A stretch of 32,000 bases of DNA from Zygophlyctis sp. KS116. Its lineage: Eukaryota > Fungi > Chytridiomycota. Made by a program: the position numbers and the translations under genes. The notes under the pieces are model-generated. The model was not told where the DNA came from. It was given only the letters and a program-made list of their open reading frames with translations, and did no database searches. The DNA lies in NCBI GenBank assembly GCA_054661495.1, contig BAAFSQ010000066.1:1-32000 (forward strand). Direction: 5' to 3'. Within the stretch, counting starts at the first letter, position 1. Every line of letters starts with the position of its first letter. Positions 17,310-27,869 of this stretch are shown here, in pieces.

Positions 17310-18167
17310 TTAAATTCCAGGAAATCCAATTACAAAATCAAAAGATTCAACAGATGCATTCACTTTATGAGAAAATGATTCCACTAGTCTCTTATCTCTA
17401 CCAGGAAAATGAACACTTATGGTAGAACCATTATAGCATTGAGGATAAGTATGAATTAGAGAATGAGAAGAAATTTCTGAAATATTAAACCATCTTTCTT
17501 CTTTAATCATATCTTCCAATGCATGTTGCTCTGGATCTCTTATTGATTTGTAATCATCAAAAGTCTGTCTCCAAGCTTGTAAAAATGATCTACCTTGATG
17601 TGAGTTCCGGACTGCAAAAAATCCACTTCTAATTGGTCCTAAACTTTCTTTAAAAGGAATACATTCATTTACAAAAAGTAAATGAGTAGATTTTTTAACT
17701 GGTCGGATCCATTCTTCAAAAATTGACATTGAAAAATTCATGAATAATACATCAATATCTGTCCAGAGTACCCACTTATATCCCTTATTCAGATAATATT
17801 CTAAAACATTCATTTTTCCCCAATATGCAGATTTACTATTTGTATCAACCATATTTCCATTCATAAAGAAAAATGCATGGCCATGTTTTTGAGAGTATCG
17901 GGCCAAATTTGTTAGAGTTATATTTGCTACTTTCATATACAAATCTTTAGAATGATTTACAATATGAGAATTATTTTTCTGTGGTGCATAATAAGTAACT
18001 ATAGCAAATTCACTAGGTTGAATTAAGATCCCCTGATCATTGTCTTTTGTTGCATTATCCGAATCAAAATTTTGAATAGAATTGATTGTAAAACTTGATA
18101 ATGCAATCAAATAGATTCCAAGTCCGATGATGATAAACAGATTCAAAGTATATTTCACTAATTGCAT
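17310..18167 (-). CDS. GT34 glycosyltransferase (Gma12/Mnn10 family), type II membrane protein
   Basis: N-terminal TM helix, YSQKHGH, WGKM, WVLWTDIDVLFMN (DxD motif), SGFFAVRN and EQ.AL. Intronless. Confidence 0.8.
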   Translation of the reverse strand: MQLVKYTLNLFIIIGLGIYLIALSSFTINSIQNFDSDNATKDNDQGILIQPSEFAIVTYYAPQKNNSHIVNHSKDLYMKVANITLTNLARYSQKHGHAFFFMNGNMVDTNSKSAYWGKMNVLEYYLNKGYKWVLWTDIDVLFMNFSMSIFEEWIRPVKKSTHLLFVNECIPFKESLGPIRSGFFAVRNSHQGRSFLQAWRQTFDDYKSIRDPEQHALEDMIKEERWFNISEISSHSLIHTYPQCYNGSTISVHFPGRDKRLVESFSHKVNASVESFDFVIGFPGI

Positions 18168-18397
18168 TCAACTAAAACTTGTTATGTCTCGGATCTATCA
18201 GTTATCAAAGTTGAGAATTTGCTGAAAAGTTAGGGCTAGTTGAGAATGTTTTCTACTGTTTGCTAGTCCTTCTTACAGCCAAGATTATTGGGTTATTTAC
18301 CAAAGATGCATTTATCTATATTTTAATAAATCCAATGGAATTTACAGTGTTTCACGGTTAAATGATTGTCGAGTTAAATTGTCCGAAACCGAAAATA

Positions 18398-18753
18398 CTT
18401 GTCCGAAACTACTCAGAAGCTAGCAGCAAAGCAGATCCCATTAGAGATACTTGTAATGATTATTGAGATGCTAAAAATAGAGGATGCATCTAATTTATGC
18501 CAAGCTCTTGTACTAAAACCATTTACCAATCATCAATGCAGCTAGAGGTGGAAATGCAGAAATTGTGAATCCTTTCCTGTCAGATCCTAGAGTTGATCCT
18601 TCCAATGTCAATTATAAAATAATTTTCAATGTGACTTTCAAAATCCGTTTTGATATTATTCAACAATGTTTGTTACATGAACGGATTCCAATCACTACGG
18701 AAAGTGTCGCAGAAATTGACAAACTGTTATTTGAGTATTTGAGCATATATTAA
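18398..18753 (+). pseudogene. Internally deleted duplicate of the ankyrin gene at 19743
   Basis: 18398-18510 nearly matches 19701-19833, with a deletion removing the ATG. About 18527-18601 nearly matches about 20380-20454. Confidence 0.85.
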
Positions 18754-19073
18754 AAAGTTATTAAAAGATCAGGAATTGGAGACACAGTTTGATTGGTAAT
18801 CATAATATAATTAAACCAACAGATATTCGATGGATTATTGAACTGTACGATCGTGGTTTGTTTTCTTGTCTAATAATTTCCTGATAAATGAACTAAAATA
18901 AAAATTGTTGATATTCTTTTAATGTGAAATATAAGCTGGCACATCCTGATCATTATATTTTCGAGAGAGACATACGCAATTATCTCATTTGCCGATTTAT
19001 TTTATCAAATTGATTGCCCTGCTGCGAAAAATATCAGATTGAGTCAATTTTATGTCTGAACATAATTTTTTAT

Positions 19074-19419
19074 TTAATAAATAGTATAACCACTTTCTGC
19101 TTGTATAACTGCTTGCAATCGCTTGAAGTACTTTCCACAATATTTCTCAGCCTTTTCTTTGTCATAGTTCATCCAGATCTCTTCTACCTGCTGAATTAAC
19201 TGGTTTGGGTTTCTAGCAACGCCATATTCCCGCATGAGAGTTCTTTTTAATTTCAGACCAAATATTGTTTAGATCTGACGAACATGGAGGACATTTGATA
19301 AATTCAACTTCATTTTCTGTGAGATATTCCTTGACTTGATTCACAGTATGGCATGGGGAATTATCCTGCATTAGACACCAATTTCCACCAATCTGCTCCT
19401 TTGTACTTTTTTTGCTCAA
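19074..19419 (-). mobile_element. Degenerate Tc1/mariner (IS630-type) transposase fragment
   Basis: QDNSPCHT...CPPCSSDLN.IW is the decayed QDNAPxH/WPxxSPDLNPIE motif. A frameshifted C-terminus reads RLQAVIQAESGYTIY*. Confidence 0.8.
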
Positions 19420-19742
19420 CTGTGAGCTTAGGAGCGCGTTTTGTTTCGCCGTCGTTCATATTTCGGACAAAATATAAGTTACAACATTTTAGAGTTACAT
19501 CCATGACTGGGGCGATAGTATAATTTATACATTATGTTAGGATTATCATGAACTGTTTTTGTAGAATTCATTGTAAATTTTTAAAATATTATTTACATTC
19601 ATGTGATCCGATCACATACTTTTGTGTTTTGATAAATCTGCTCTTTGTCATGATCTTAAATTTCTGTTTAGATTTGTCTTGAAACCTTTTTGTCCGAAAT
19701 CTTGTCCGAAACTACTCAGAAGCTCAAAGTCTCGAGGCGAAA

Positions 19743-20582
19743 ATGACAGCAAAGCAGATTCCATTAGAGATACTTGTAATGATTATTGAGATGCTAGAAA
19801 TAGAGGATGCATCTAATTTATGCCAAGCTCTTGATTTCCCTGAAGAAGTTGCTTTTCAATTTCACAAATATGTTGCAAAAAGATTCAGTGAATATAGATT
19901 TTATATTTCAAAGATTTACGATCATATAAACAGGAAGCTGATAAAATCAAGTCTTGCGAAAGCATTACTAAAAAATTCTAAATTTCAACTGATTGCTGAT
20001 GCAAATGTGAAAACCAGGTTTGCCATTTTAACACAAGATCTAGAATTAGTCAGAACAGCTCTTCAGGACCCAAAGGTAAATCATGACAGTAGATATTATA
20101 GTCCTTTAAGATTGGCTTGTAAATTTGGACAATTGAATGTTCTAAAGATTCTGGTCAATGAATACGATATTAAAATTTCAGAAAATGATAATATCGCATT
20201 AAATGATGCATGCGAATATGGTCATCTAGATATTGTCAAGTATATTTTATCTCTACCTGATTTTAATCCGGAGAACTGCTCTAAATCCTTCAGTAACGCC
20301 GCATTTTGGAGACGTACCAATATAGTTAAATTCCTACTTTCAGATCCTAGATTTGATCCTTCATACCAAAACAATAAAGCAATCATCAATGCAGCCAGAG
20401 GTGGAAATGCAGAAATTGTGAATCTTTTCCTGTCAGATCCTAGAGTTGATCCTTTTGATAATGATTATCAAGCAATTTTAGAGGCAGCTAGATGGAAAAA
20501 TGTGGCAATTGTTAAACTTTTATTAGCAGATCCTAGATTGAAACCTTCTGCTAGATGGCAATTCAAAAAATTGTTGACGTAG
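19743..20582 (+). CDS. Ankyrin-repeat protein with an F-box-like N-terminus
   Basis: IPLEILVMIIEML..DASNLCQAL followed by repeats of the type AC..GHLDIVKYIL / LSDPRVDP..NN.AI..AA. Intronless. Confidence 0.85.
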   Translation: MTAKQIPLEILVMIIEMLEIEDASNLCQALDFPEEVAFQFHKYVAKRFSEYRFYISKIYDHINRKLIKSSLAKALLKNSKFQLIADANVKTRFAILTQDLELVRTALQDPKVNHDSRYYSPLRLACKFGQLNVLKILVNEYDIKISENDNIALNDACEYGHLDIVKYILSLPDFNPENCSKSFSNAAFWRRTNIVKFLLSDPRFDPSYQNNKAIINAARGGNAEIVNLFLSDPRVDPFDNDYQAILEAARWKNVAIVKLLLADPRLKPSARWQFKKLLT

Positions 20583-20900
20583 CCATTGGGAAGTTTTTCA
20601 TCGGAAGTCAGGAGATTGCATTCAGTAGAGTTTGATCGGTAAGCCGAGCATGATAACTCAATATAATAGCACCAAATATATATGGCAAAGCAAAAATATA
20701 AGATTTACTTGTACTTGATGATGTGCTTTACTTGTCCGATTCTGGTGAATTTGTACTCGTGCATCTATAGTCTAGAATGATTGAAAACCAAACATCACTT
20801 GGGGTCTAATAAATACTATGGCTACAGTCTGGGCACATGGACGCATGTACAAAACAATTAGCAGGATATTCAAATAGTAAATACCTAGCGCTACCTCACA

Positions 20901-21425
20901 ATGTCAAAAATGAATGTTGTGCCAGGTTCATCTCTAGGATACAGAATATCAGATGGCTTCAAGGCTGGAAATGGGACTTTTGTTAAAGATGAAATGATTT
21001 ATTCAAGTAAATTGGGATCTGTTTATGATTTACAAAAGGAAATTACTGTCGGAAAAGACATAAATCTTGACAAGAACAAATTATATTTGGGAAAAGTTGT
21101 AAAAGTAAATTCTACAAGAGCAATCATTAGAATTTCAGTCACTCTCTCATCTAAAATATTATTGTTGGATGCTACTCTATTAGCTAAAGATTCAGGACAA
21201 GATCAATTACTAGATTATTTTAAATTGGGAGATCTCTTAAAAACAAGATTAGTATCTCAGTTATCAGATCAAATCATTTATTGCACTACTGCTGCAAATG
21301 ATGAAGGAATAATTTTGTCAAAATGTTCAGATTGTTTCTCAAAATTAACGACAATGTCTCTAAATTCAATGTTTTGCTCAAACTGTAAAAATATTGAAAA
21401 GAGAAAATGTTGTCTACAAAATTAA
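20901..21425 (+). CDS. CSL4: Exosome cap subunit Csl4
   Basis: VVPG..LG, AGNGT, IYSS..G, F..GD, TTA.N..G.I and a C-terminal Zn ribbon with EKRKC. Confidence 0.8.
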   Translation: MSKMNVVPGSSLGYRISDGFKAGNGTFVKDEMIYSSKLGSVYDLQKEITVGKDINLDKNKLYLGKVVKVNSTRAIIRISVTLSSKILLLDATLLAKDSGQDQLLDYFKLGDLLKTRLVSQLSDQIIYCTTAANDEGIILSKCSDCFSKLTTMSLNSMFCSNCKNIEKRKCCLQN

Positions 21426-22180
21426 TTATTCAGAATTCAAGGTTCCAATCAATTGATGAAGTTTAGTTAAAGCTTCCAAAGCATTAGCATGGTATTGTAA
21501 TTCTGAATAAACAAAATCATTTAGAATAGATTGAATATCGGAATGTCTTTGAGTAGTAAACTCTTGTAATTTAGAATCTAGAGATGATGATGCTCTTTTA
21601 GAGTTTTCAACGGCTGTTGACAAGGCTGTTTGTGCTAAACTCTAATAATGAATGCATTAGATAATTACAACTTTTGCTGGAATATGTCCTTCATTAATTA
21701 ATGTTTTTTCAAGTGCTTTCTTCTTTCTACTTTCTTCATACAATAATGATTCACGGGCTCTAATTTCAGATCTTAGATTTCCACAAATAATTCCATAATT
21801 TTTACATCTTTCTCTACAAAGTCCTTTAATCCGATCGACAAGTAACTCTCTAGAATTTTCTTGTAGTCTGATTTTGTCCGATATAGCACTTAAGATTCCA
21901 GAAAACGGTTGAGTTTCACTTTGCGCATGAATTTCAAGATCAGTAGCTAATTGATTATTAGAAAATCTTAATCCTATAATTAATGATGCAATGCATTACG
22001 ATCTTGATTCTTTAAATATCCTAATTTTTAGTAATTTTGAATTTACCGGAAAATGTAGATTTCATATTCTTCATGTCCTTTGCGGTTATCTTGACCGATC
22101 GCTTAAAATCTACAAACTTTTGATCTTTTCTATAGAGTTGGAGAATAATAAACTTACTCATCTAATTGTCCTGATAACAT
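21426..22180 (-). CDS. FAM92/CIBAR-like BAR-domain ciliary protein
   Basis: Spliced product includes RLRFSNNQLATDLEIHAQSET and DIQSILNDFVYSELQYHANALEALT. Introns at 22130-22157, 22021-22046, 21974-21999 and 21642-21668. Confidence 0.7.
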
Positions 22181-22255
22181 GATTGGAATCTTTTTTTAAA
22201 TGAAACCAATCGGGCCGGGTCTTTCGGACTAAAACTTTAAAATTCGAATATCGGA

Positions 22256-23369
22256 CTACAGATTTATTAGTCCCTTTTTAATACTAGCTTCAGCATTTAG
22301 AATTGAAGATCCAGCTGCTCCAAGGATAGTATTATGAGATAATAGAGTTAATTTGACATCAAAAATAGAGCATGGTCTAACTCTTCCAACAGACACAGAC
22401 TGTCCTTTACCAATATTAATATCTAATCTAGGCTGAGGGCGATCTTCTTCATCTAAAACTACAATTGCTGATTTAGGAGCTGAAGGTAATTTTAATTCTT
22501 GTGGTTCAGTTATATATGAAGATAATGCTTCAACTACTTGACTAGTTGTTGGTACTGTTTCACAAGAGAACTCTATAAATACACTCTAAAATTTAAAAAA
22601 TCCAAGTAAAACAAACCTCTGTATGACCATCAATAACAGCAACACGATTGCAAGACGCAGAAACTTTCAAATCTTTTACAGCAACAAATTCAGACTTTTG
22701 GGTATCAAAAGATCCCAGAATTTTACCGACTTCCACTTCTATTTTTTCTTCTTCTCCTGAAATATATGGAATAACATTTCCTAGAATATCTAAAGACGAT
22801 ATCCCAGGATAACCACTACCACTGATTGCCTGCATTGTGACTACCACAACGCGTGATAATGGTCCAAAAGCCTTACTAAGAGCAGCTAAAACAACTACTA
22901 ATCCAGTAGTTGAGCAATTAGCATTAGTCACCAGTAATCCATTTTTACATCCGAATGCTTTCCTTTGATGAGCAATTGCATCAAAATGATGAGTATTCAC
23001 AAGTGGTACCATTAACGGGACAATTGGATTCATTCGATGATTCTTGGCATTTGAGAATACAGCATAATCTGCCTTTAAAAAATCCATTTCTATATCACCG
23101 GCAACATCGGCATCTAGCGCAGAGAATATGATCTTACAATTTTTAAAATTACAAGGATCACAGGTTTGAACAATCATGGATGAGATCTCTGTAGGAATCG
23201 GGACGGCCATTTTCCAAGATTTGCCAGTGGCTTCCTTGTACGTTTTACCAGCAGATCTGGGACTTGCTCCAATAGCTCCAACTTTAAAGTATTCATGCTC
23301 ATTGATCAGACATATAAATCTTTGCCCAACGAGTCCAGTTGCTCCAAGGATACCAACAGTCACAGACAT
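22256..23369 (-). CDS. HOM2: Aspartate-semialdehyde dehydrogenase
   Basis: [39 protein letters not shown] and HNTILGAAG. Intron at 22586-22616. Confidence 0.95.
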
Positions 23370-23409
23370 AACTCAAGTGTTTAAGGGTCAAAACTTTCAA
23401 CGACAAGTT

Positions 23410-25101
23410 CTATTCTTGTTGACGCTGACGAGGAGCACAGCGAATAATATCATCCACACGTAAAATCAATTCTGATGCTTCTGATGCGGATAACAGCACC
23501 TGTCGCTTCAATTTGTAAGATTCAGTAATCCCAAGAGTGCGCATGTCTGCAATATCTCCATTGTACATATCTAATCCAAAAGTAGATTTTCCTTCATTAT
23601 GTGCAGCTCTCAAACGAGTCACCAAGTCAGCACTGTCATATCCAGCATTGTCACTTAAAATCGTCGGAAGCTAGGAATTAAAAAAAATAAAGAGTACTTG
23701 ACGAAGAGCTCTAGAGAATGCTTCCATGGCAATAGCTTTTTTACCAGGAGTTTTGACGGCCAATTGATCAACAGCTTTTGCCATAATCATTTCAGCACAG
23801 CCTCCACCCAAAGAAGTTCTTGGTTCACAAACAGTTTGAGACAATACACAAAGAGCATCATGCAAAGATCTTTCAGCTTCATCCAGTAAGTGATTGGTTG
23901 CTCCTCTCAAAACAATTGTACAAGCTTCACCGGCAGCAACTCCGGAAAATTTAATTAATCTGTCTTCACCAATCATTATTTCCTCAATCAAATCACAATG
24001 TCCCAATTTTACAAGTTCTGGATGTTCAAATGTGGAAGTAATTTCCCCGCCTTTAATTAGAGAAAAAGAGAAATTTACCAGTCACTAGAGCTAGACGTTC
24101 TACACCTTCAAAATCAGCATGCTCAATTGCAGCAATCCCAGAGTCAGCAAAGAGTTGTTCTGGCCAGTTATAGATCAACTGACGATTTACAAAACAATTA
24201 ATTCCATGACTCTTAATTTTTTCAACCTTTTCCTTCATTTTATTTCGTTCAGCACGTTCCAATTCAGCCAATTTACCAGCAGCATCTACACGAACACGAG
24301 CACCAAAGATTTTAATTTTATCAGTATCCATAGCTAAAATTAATTATAGTAAACTTACGAGTATTAGAAATCAATATTTTAGCATTTTCAATACGTTTTG
24401 GTTGATTTACACCAATTTTTTTATCCAAAATAAATCCTTCATCCAAATAAGAATCTGTCAATTTCCCTCCAGCCTTTTTAATAATCTGAATATGATCTAA
24501 ATTTGTACTTCCCTATTCTAAGTTTTAAAATAGATACCTTTAATCTAAGTACTGCATCAACAGCCAAAGTCCCAAACTTTTCCTTGTACTGACTTAGTAC
24601 TTTTGAACTAAGAGTAGTTTTAGCAATATTCATCAAATCCTGACGAAATTTCTCTTTATCCGCACTATGATCTACTGCAGCAGCTTCCAAAGCCTTTAGA
24701 GCTTCAGCCGAAGCAAGTCTATAACCTTCAATAATCGTTTGAGGATGCATTTTCCCATTTATCAACTTTTCCGCTTCTCTCAACAATTCTCCGGCAAGAA
24801 TACAAACAGAAGTTGTACCATCTCCAACCTCATCATCCTGCACTTTTGAAATATTGACCAATACTTTAGCCGCAGCGTTATCCAAGGCGATTGATTTTAA
24901 AATGGTCGCTCCATCGTTTGTCACAGTTACATTATCAGGGGAAGATAGCGACTGTAAAATCTTATCCATTCCTTTTGGGCCATAAGTCGATTTAACTAAA
25001 TCACAAACAGCAATTGCACCGACAAACGCTGAAAGTCTAGCATTCTCTGCTCGTTCCTCTGTCGCATTATCCTGAAATATTTGAACTGGCGCAAAACTCA
25101 T
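23410..25101 (-). CDS. CCT2: T-complex protein 1 subunit beta
   Basis: [35 protein letters not shown] and [12 protein letters not shown]. Introns at 24513-24537, 24334-24358, 24051-24078 and 23671-23697. Confidence 0.97.
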
Positions 25102-25237
25102 ATTTTTAATTTCTGAAAAGAATTTTAACTGGGATAGGTTCCTTGGTTCCTTGGTATGTACTAAGGGGTATGTTAGTACCCACCAATCACTGATAAATCT
25201 CTAAAAGTTACAAGTGCTACGGTAAAAAGTAAGAATT

Positions 25238-26272
25238 TTATTGAGTAGATCGCAACTCTATTTTTAAATCTTGAATCGCAGTCTTCAACTTTTGACTTGC
25301 AATAGATTCTTCAAGTAAGAGTGGTGTTGCTTTAGAAACATAAAATTCAAGACCTTGAGTCATTTTCCCTGCAACTAAATTACTTCTAAATCCTACAATT
25401 TATAAAAAATCTTTATACCATTAATGATTAATTTTTCTACTTCTGATAGAGGTATCCCACATACTTTTGATATTTCCTGATAAGAAATCTTTTTTAAAAC
25501 ATTTTGATTGCATAAATTTGTAAATGCATACAATTCTACCTTTCTTAATAGTTGATTACTGTCTAGTTTTTTAAAAAAATCCAGGAAAAATTACCATAAA
25601 ACTCTTTAAAAGTAGAATCATCTTGAATCCATGCCTCTACATCCTTTTTAGATCCATTCTTGAAATGATTTAATAGATTTTTTAATGGAATTTCTTTTTC
25701 TGATGATAATTTTAAATCTTGTAATACTTGTAGATTCATAATATTCAAATTAAAAAGTCCAATTTGTAACAAATCTTTACATACTTGTTCATCATTATCA
25801 AATGATAAATAGTATAAACTTGCTTCAAATCCAAGATTAAAAAGTTTAAAGTCTTTGGCTTTAGCAATCAATGATTTTATATCCTTGAAACCAACACTAG
25901 TGACTAGTTTGTAGACTTGACAAAGATCAGATTCATTTTTACATTTTTCAATGAGAATCTGTAACAATGCATTTGATGTCAATCGACCGCAAATATGTAA
26001 AACTCTAACTTTTTAAAATCTAAAACTTACATTTGGAATTCCTTATCGTTGAGATCGTTTGATGTAATAAACTGAATATAATCATCAAGATTAGCAGTGT
26101 CAACCAAGATTGCACAAATCCCATGAACCAATTGAGAGCATTCTTTAGACGTAAAACTTAGATTCTTTAGCAGATATTCTTTCCATGATTCAGATTCAAG
26201 ACCGCTCAGACTCTTGTCATGAGTAAATGTTAAATGTTGGCTCAAAAGCTGTAAATCGGCAATACAATTCAT
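25238..26272 (-). CDS. PCI-domain protein, probably a divergent eIF3 subunit M
   Basis: C-terminal winged-helix pattern LLRKVELYAF.NL..ISYQEISKVCGIPLSEVE.LII...SNLVAGKM. Introns at 26005-26030, 25563-25594 and 25393-25418. Confidence 0.6.
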
Positions 26273-26301
26273 TTTTTACTTGATCCTCCTCACACTTGTC
26301 C

Positions 26302-27774
26302 TTAGAGTTTGTCAAGTGCATTAGTGAGTCTAGAGAGTTCATTTCGCAAGAGTTTGGCTGTCCGAGTTATTTTTTCTTTAGTATCTAATAGATCAATAGA
26401 CTGAGTTAGCGCATTATACCGACAGACAAATGGTCGGTCAATGTGCTTATCAGCAAAATTAATGACTTGATCCTTCATGGTTTCAAAAGAATCAGTTACA
26501 AAATACAATGGTTGATATTCTGTAATCCTAAAGCTGAATAATAATAATAATTACGGGTACTTTTGAGTTGATGCTTTAACAGGATCAAAAGGAATATGTT
26601 TGGCTTTATCAGATAAACAATACTCTAATTCTCCAAAACTTGATAATAAACCAGCTCCATATGCTCGGACTTGGTCTCCTTGTCTTGTAAGACCAAATTC
26701 AACAGTAAACCAGTAAATTGTTGCAAGTTTTAATATATCCTAGATTTAAAAATTATAAATTACTTCATCAGATGCTCCAAGAGATGCCAAGCCGATTTCT
26801 TGAGAGAAATCTGCAAAATCTATACTTGAGATTTTTATAAATACCTGGATCAGCGTATAATGGAACATGACCAAGTAATTCATGACATATATCAGGCTCT
26901 GGTGTATAAAGTGGTGCTGAATGATGACGAATATACTGAGTAGAATGAAATACTCTAAAAGCTAAAGCATTTAAAAAATCTCTAGAAGACAGTAATCCCA
27001 TTACAGGACGTATTGTCCATCCTGTACAGTCTTTAAGAAATTGAGAAATATCTTCTAATTGTGGTATATTATCTGCTCTATATCCACAATTTTGTACAAG
27101 CAACTATTTTTTTAATTTTGGTAAATAGAAATTACTGGAAATACATGCTGATGTTCCCAGCAAGCATGTGTATTATACAATGTTGTTAGTTTATTAAACA
27201 CTATCCCCCTATAGATAACTAAAAATAATTCATACCAAGTCTTTACTTCTTCAAGAGTATAATCTATATGAGGCAATTTCATTCCATACTCAAAAGACTT
27301 TGCCAAATTCGTAATTTCATTTCTTCTCGCACGATAAGTTGCATCTTTAAATCCTGGATGATCTGCATCAAGTTCCGCTCCATAAGAAAGAACCTTTTCA
27401 GAAAATGAATCAAGATCTGCAATATTTGTAGGAAACCATGGCACAGAAGTAAAAGCCGATGACGTTTTCATATCATTATCTCCCATTCGGACAACTTTGA
27501 CTGATTTCACAATCGGATTTATAGAATTTACAACCAATGAGACGACATCCTTATTTTTTGCATTGAAATCTACATAAAAATCATACTCACCTCTGGTCTT
27601 TGAAGGCCTGGACTCAATTTTTTGAAGATTGACTGAAAGTGCAGCAAGATTTGACAAAACTTTATCAAGCGCCCCGACTTCATCATGCACAGAAAATCTA
27701 TACTTAAACATCCAAAACTCTTACGAAACCGTTGTTCTGAAATATCTCTTTGCAAAATGTCGCAATCTAAACAT
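26302..27774 (-). CDS. PAH: Phenylalanine-4-hydroxylase (biopterin-dependent aromatic amino acid hydroxylase)
   Basis: ACT domain (EVGAL, IESRPS), [29 protein letters not shown] and YWFTVEFGL. Six 24-32-nt introns. Start approximate. Confidence 0.93.
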
Positions 27775-27869
27775 TAAAAGCTATCAAACTCGACCTATTC
27801 CTCATGTCCGAAATTAAATCTGCAAATCATAATATTATTAGTCTAAAACATATTTTAATCTAAAATATA

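Noticed and set aside
18340-18850. TACAGT / ACTGTA as possible Tc1 terminal inverted repeats
   Set aside because: The adjacent sequence is not complementary beyond 6 bp and does not bracket the transposase fragment.
19601-19617. Short palindromes (ATGTGATC-C-GATCACAT; also about 25148-25180 and about 29426-29468)
   Set aside because: Isolated and short, with no supporting context to assign a function.
20710-20815. TGATGA as a possible C/D snoRNA C box
   Set aside because: No properly placed CTGA D box or terminal stem.
26273-26301. AGGAGG Shine-Dalgarno-like sequence about 12 nt before the eIF3m-like ATG
   Set aside because: This is an intron-containing eukaryotic gene, and a single occurrence is compatible with chance.
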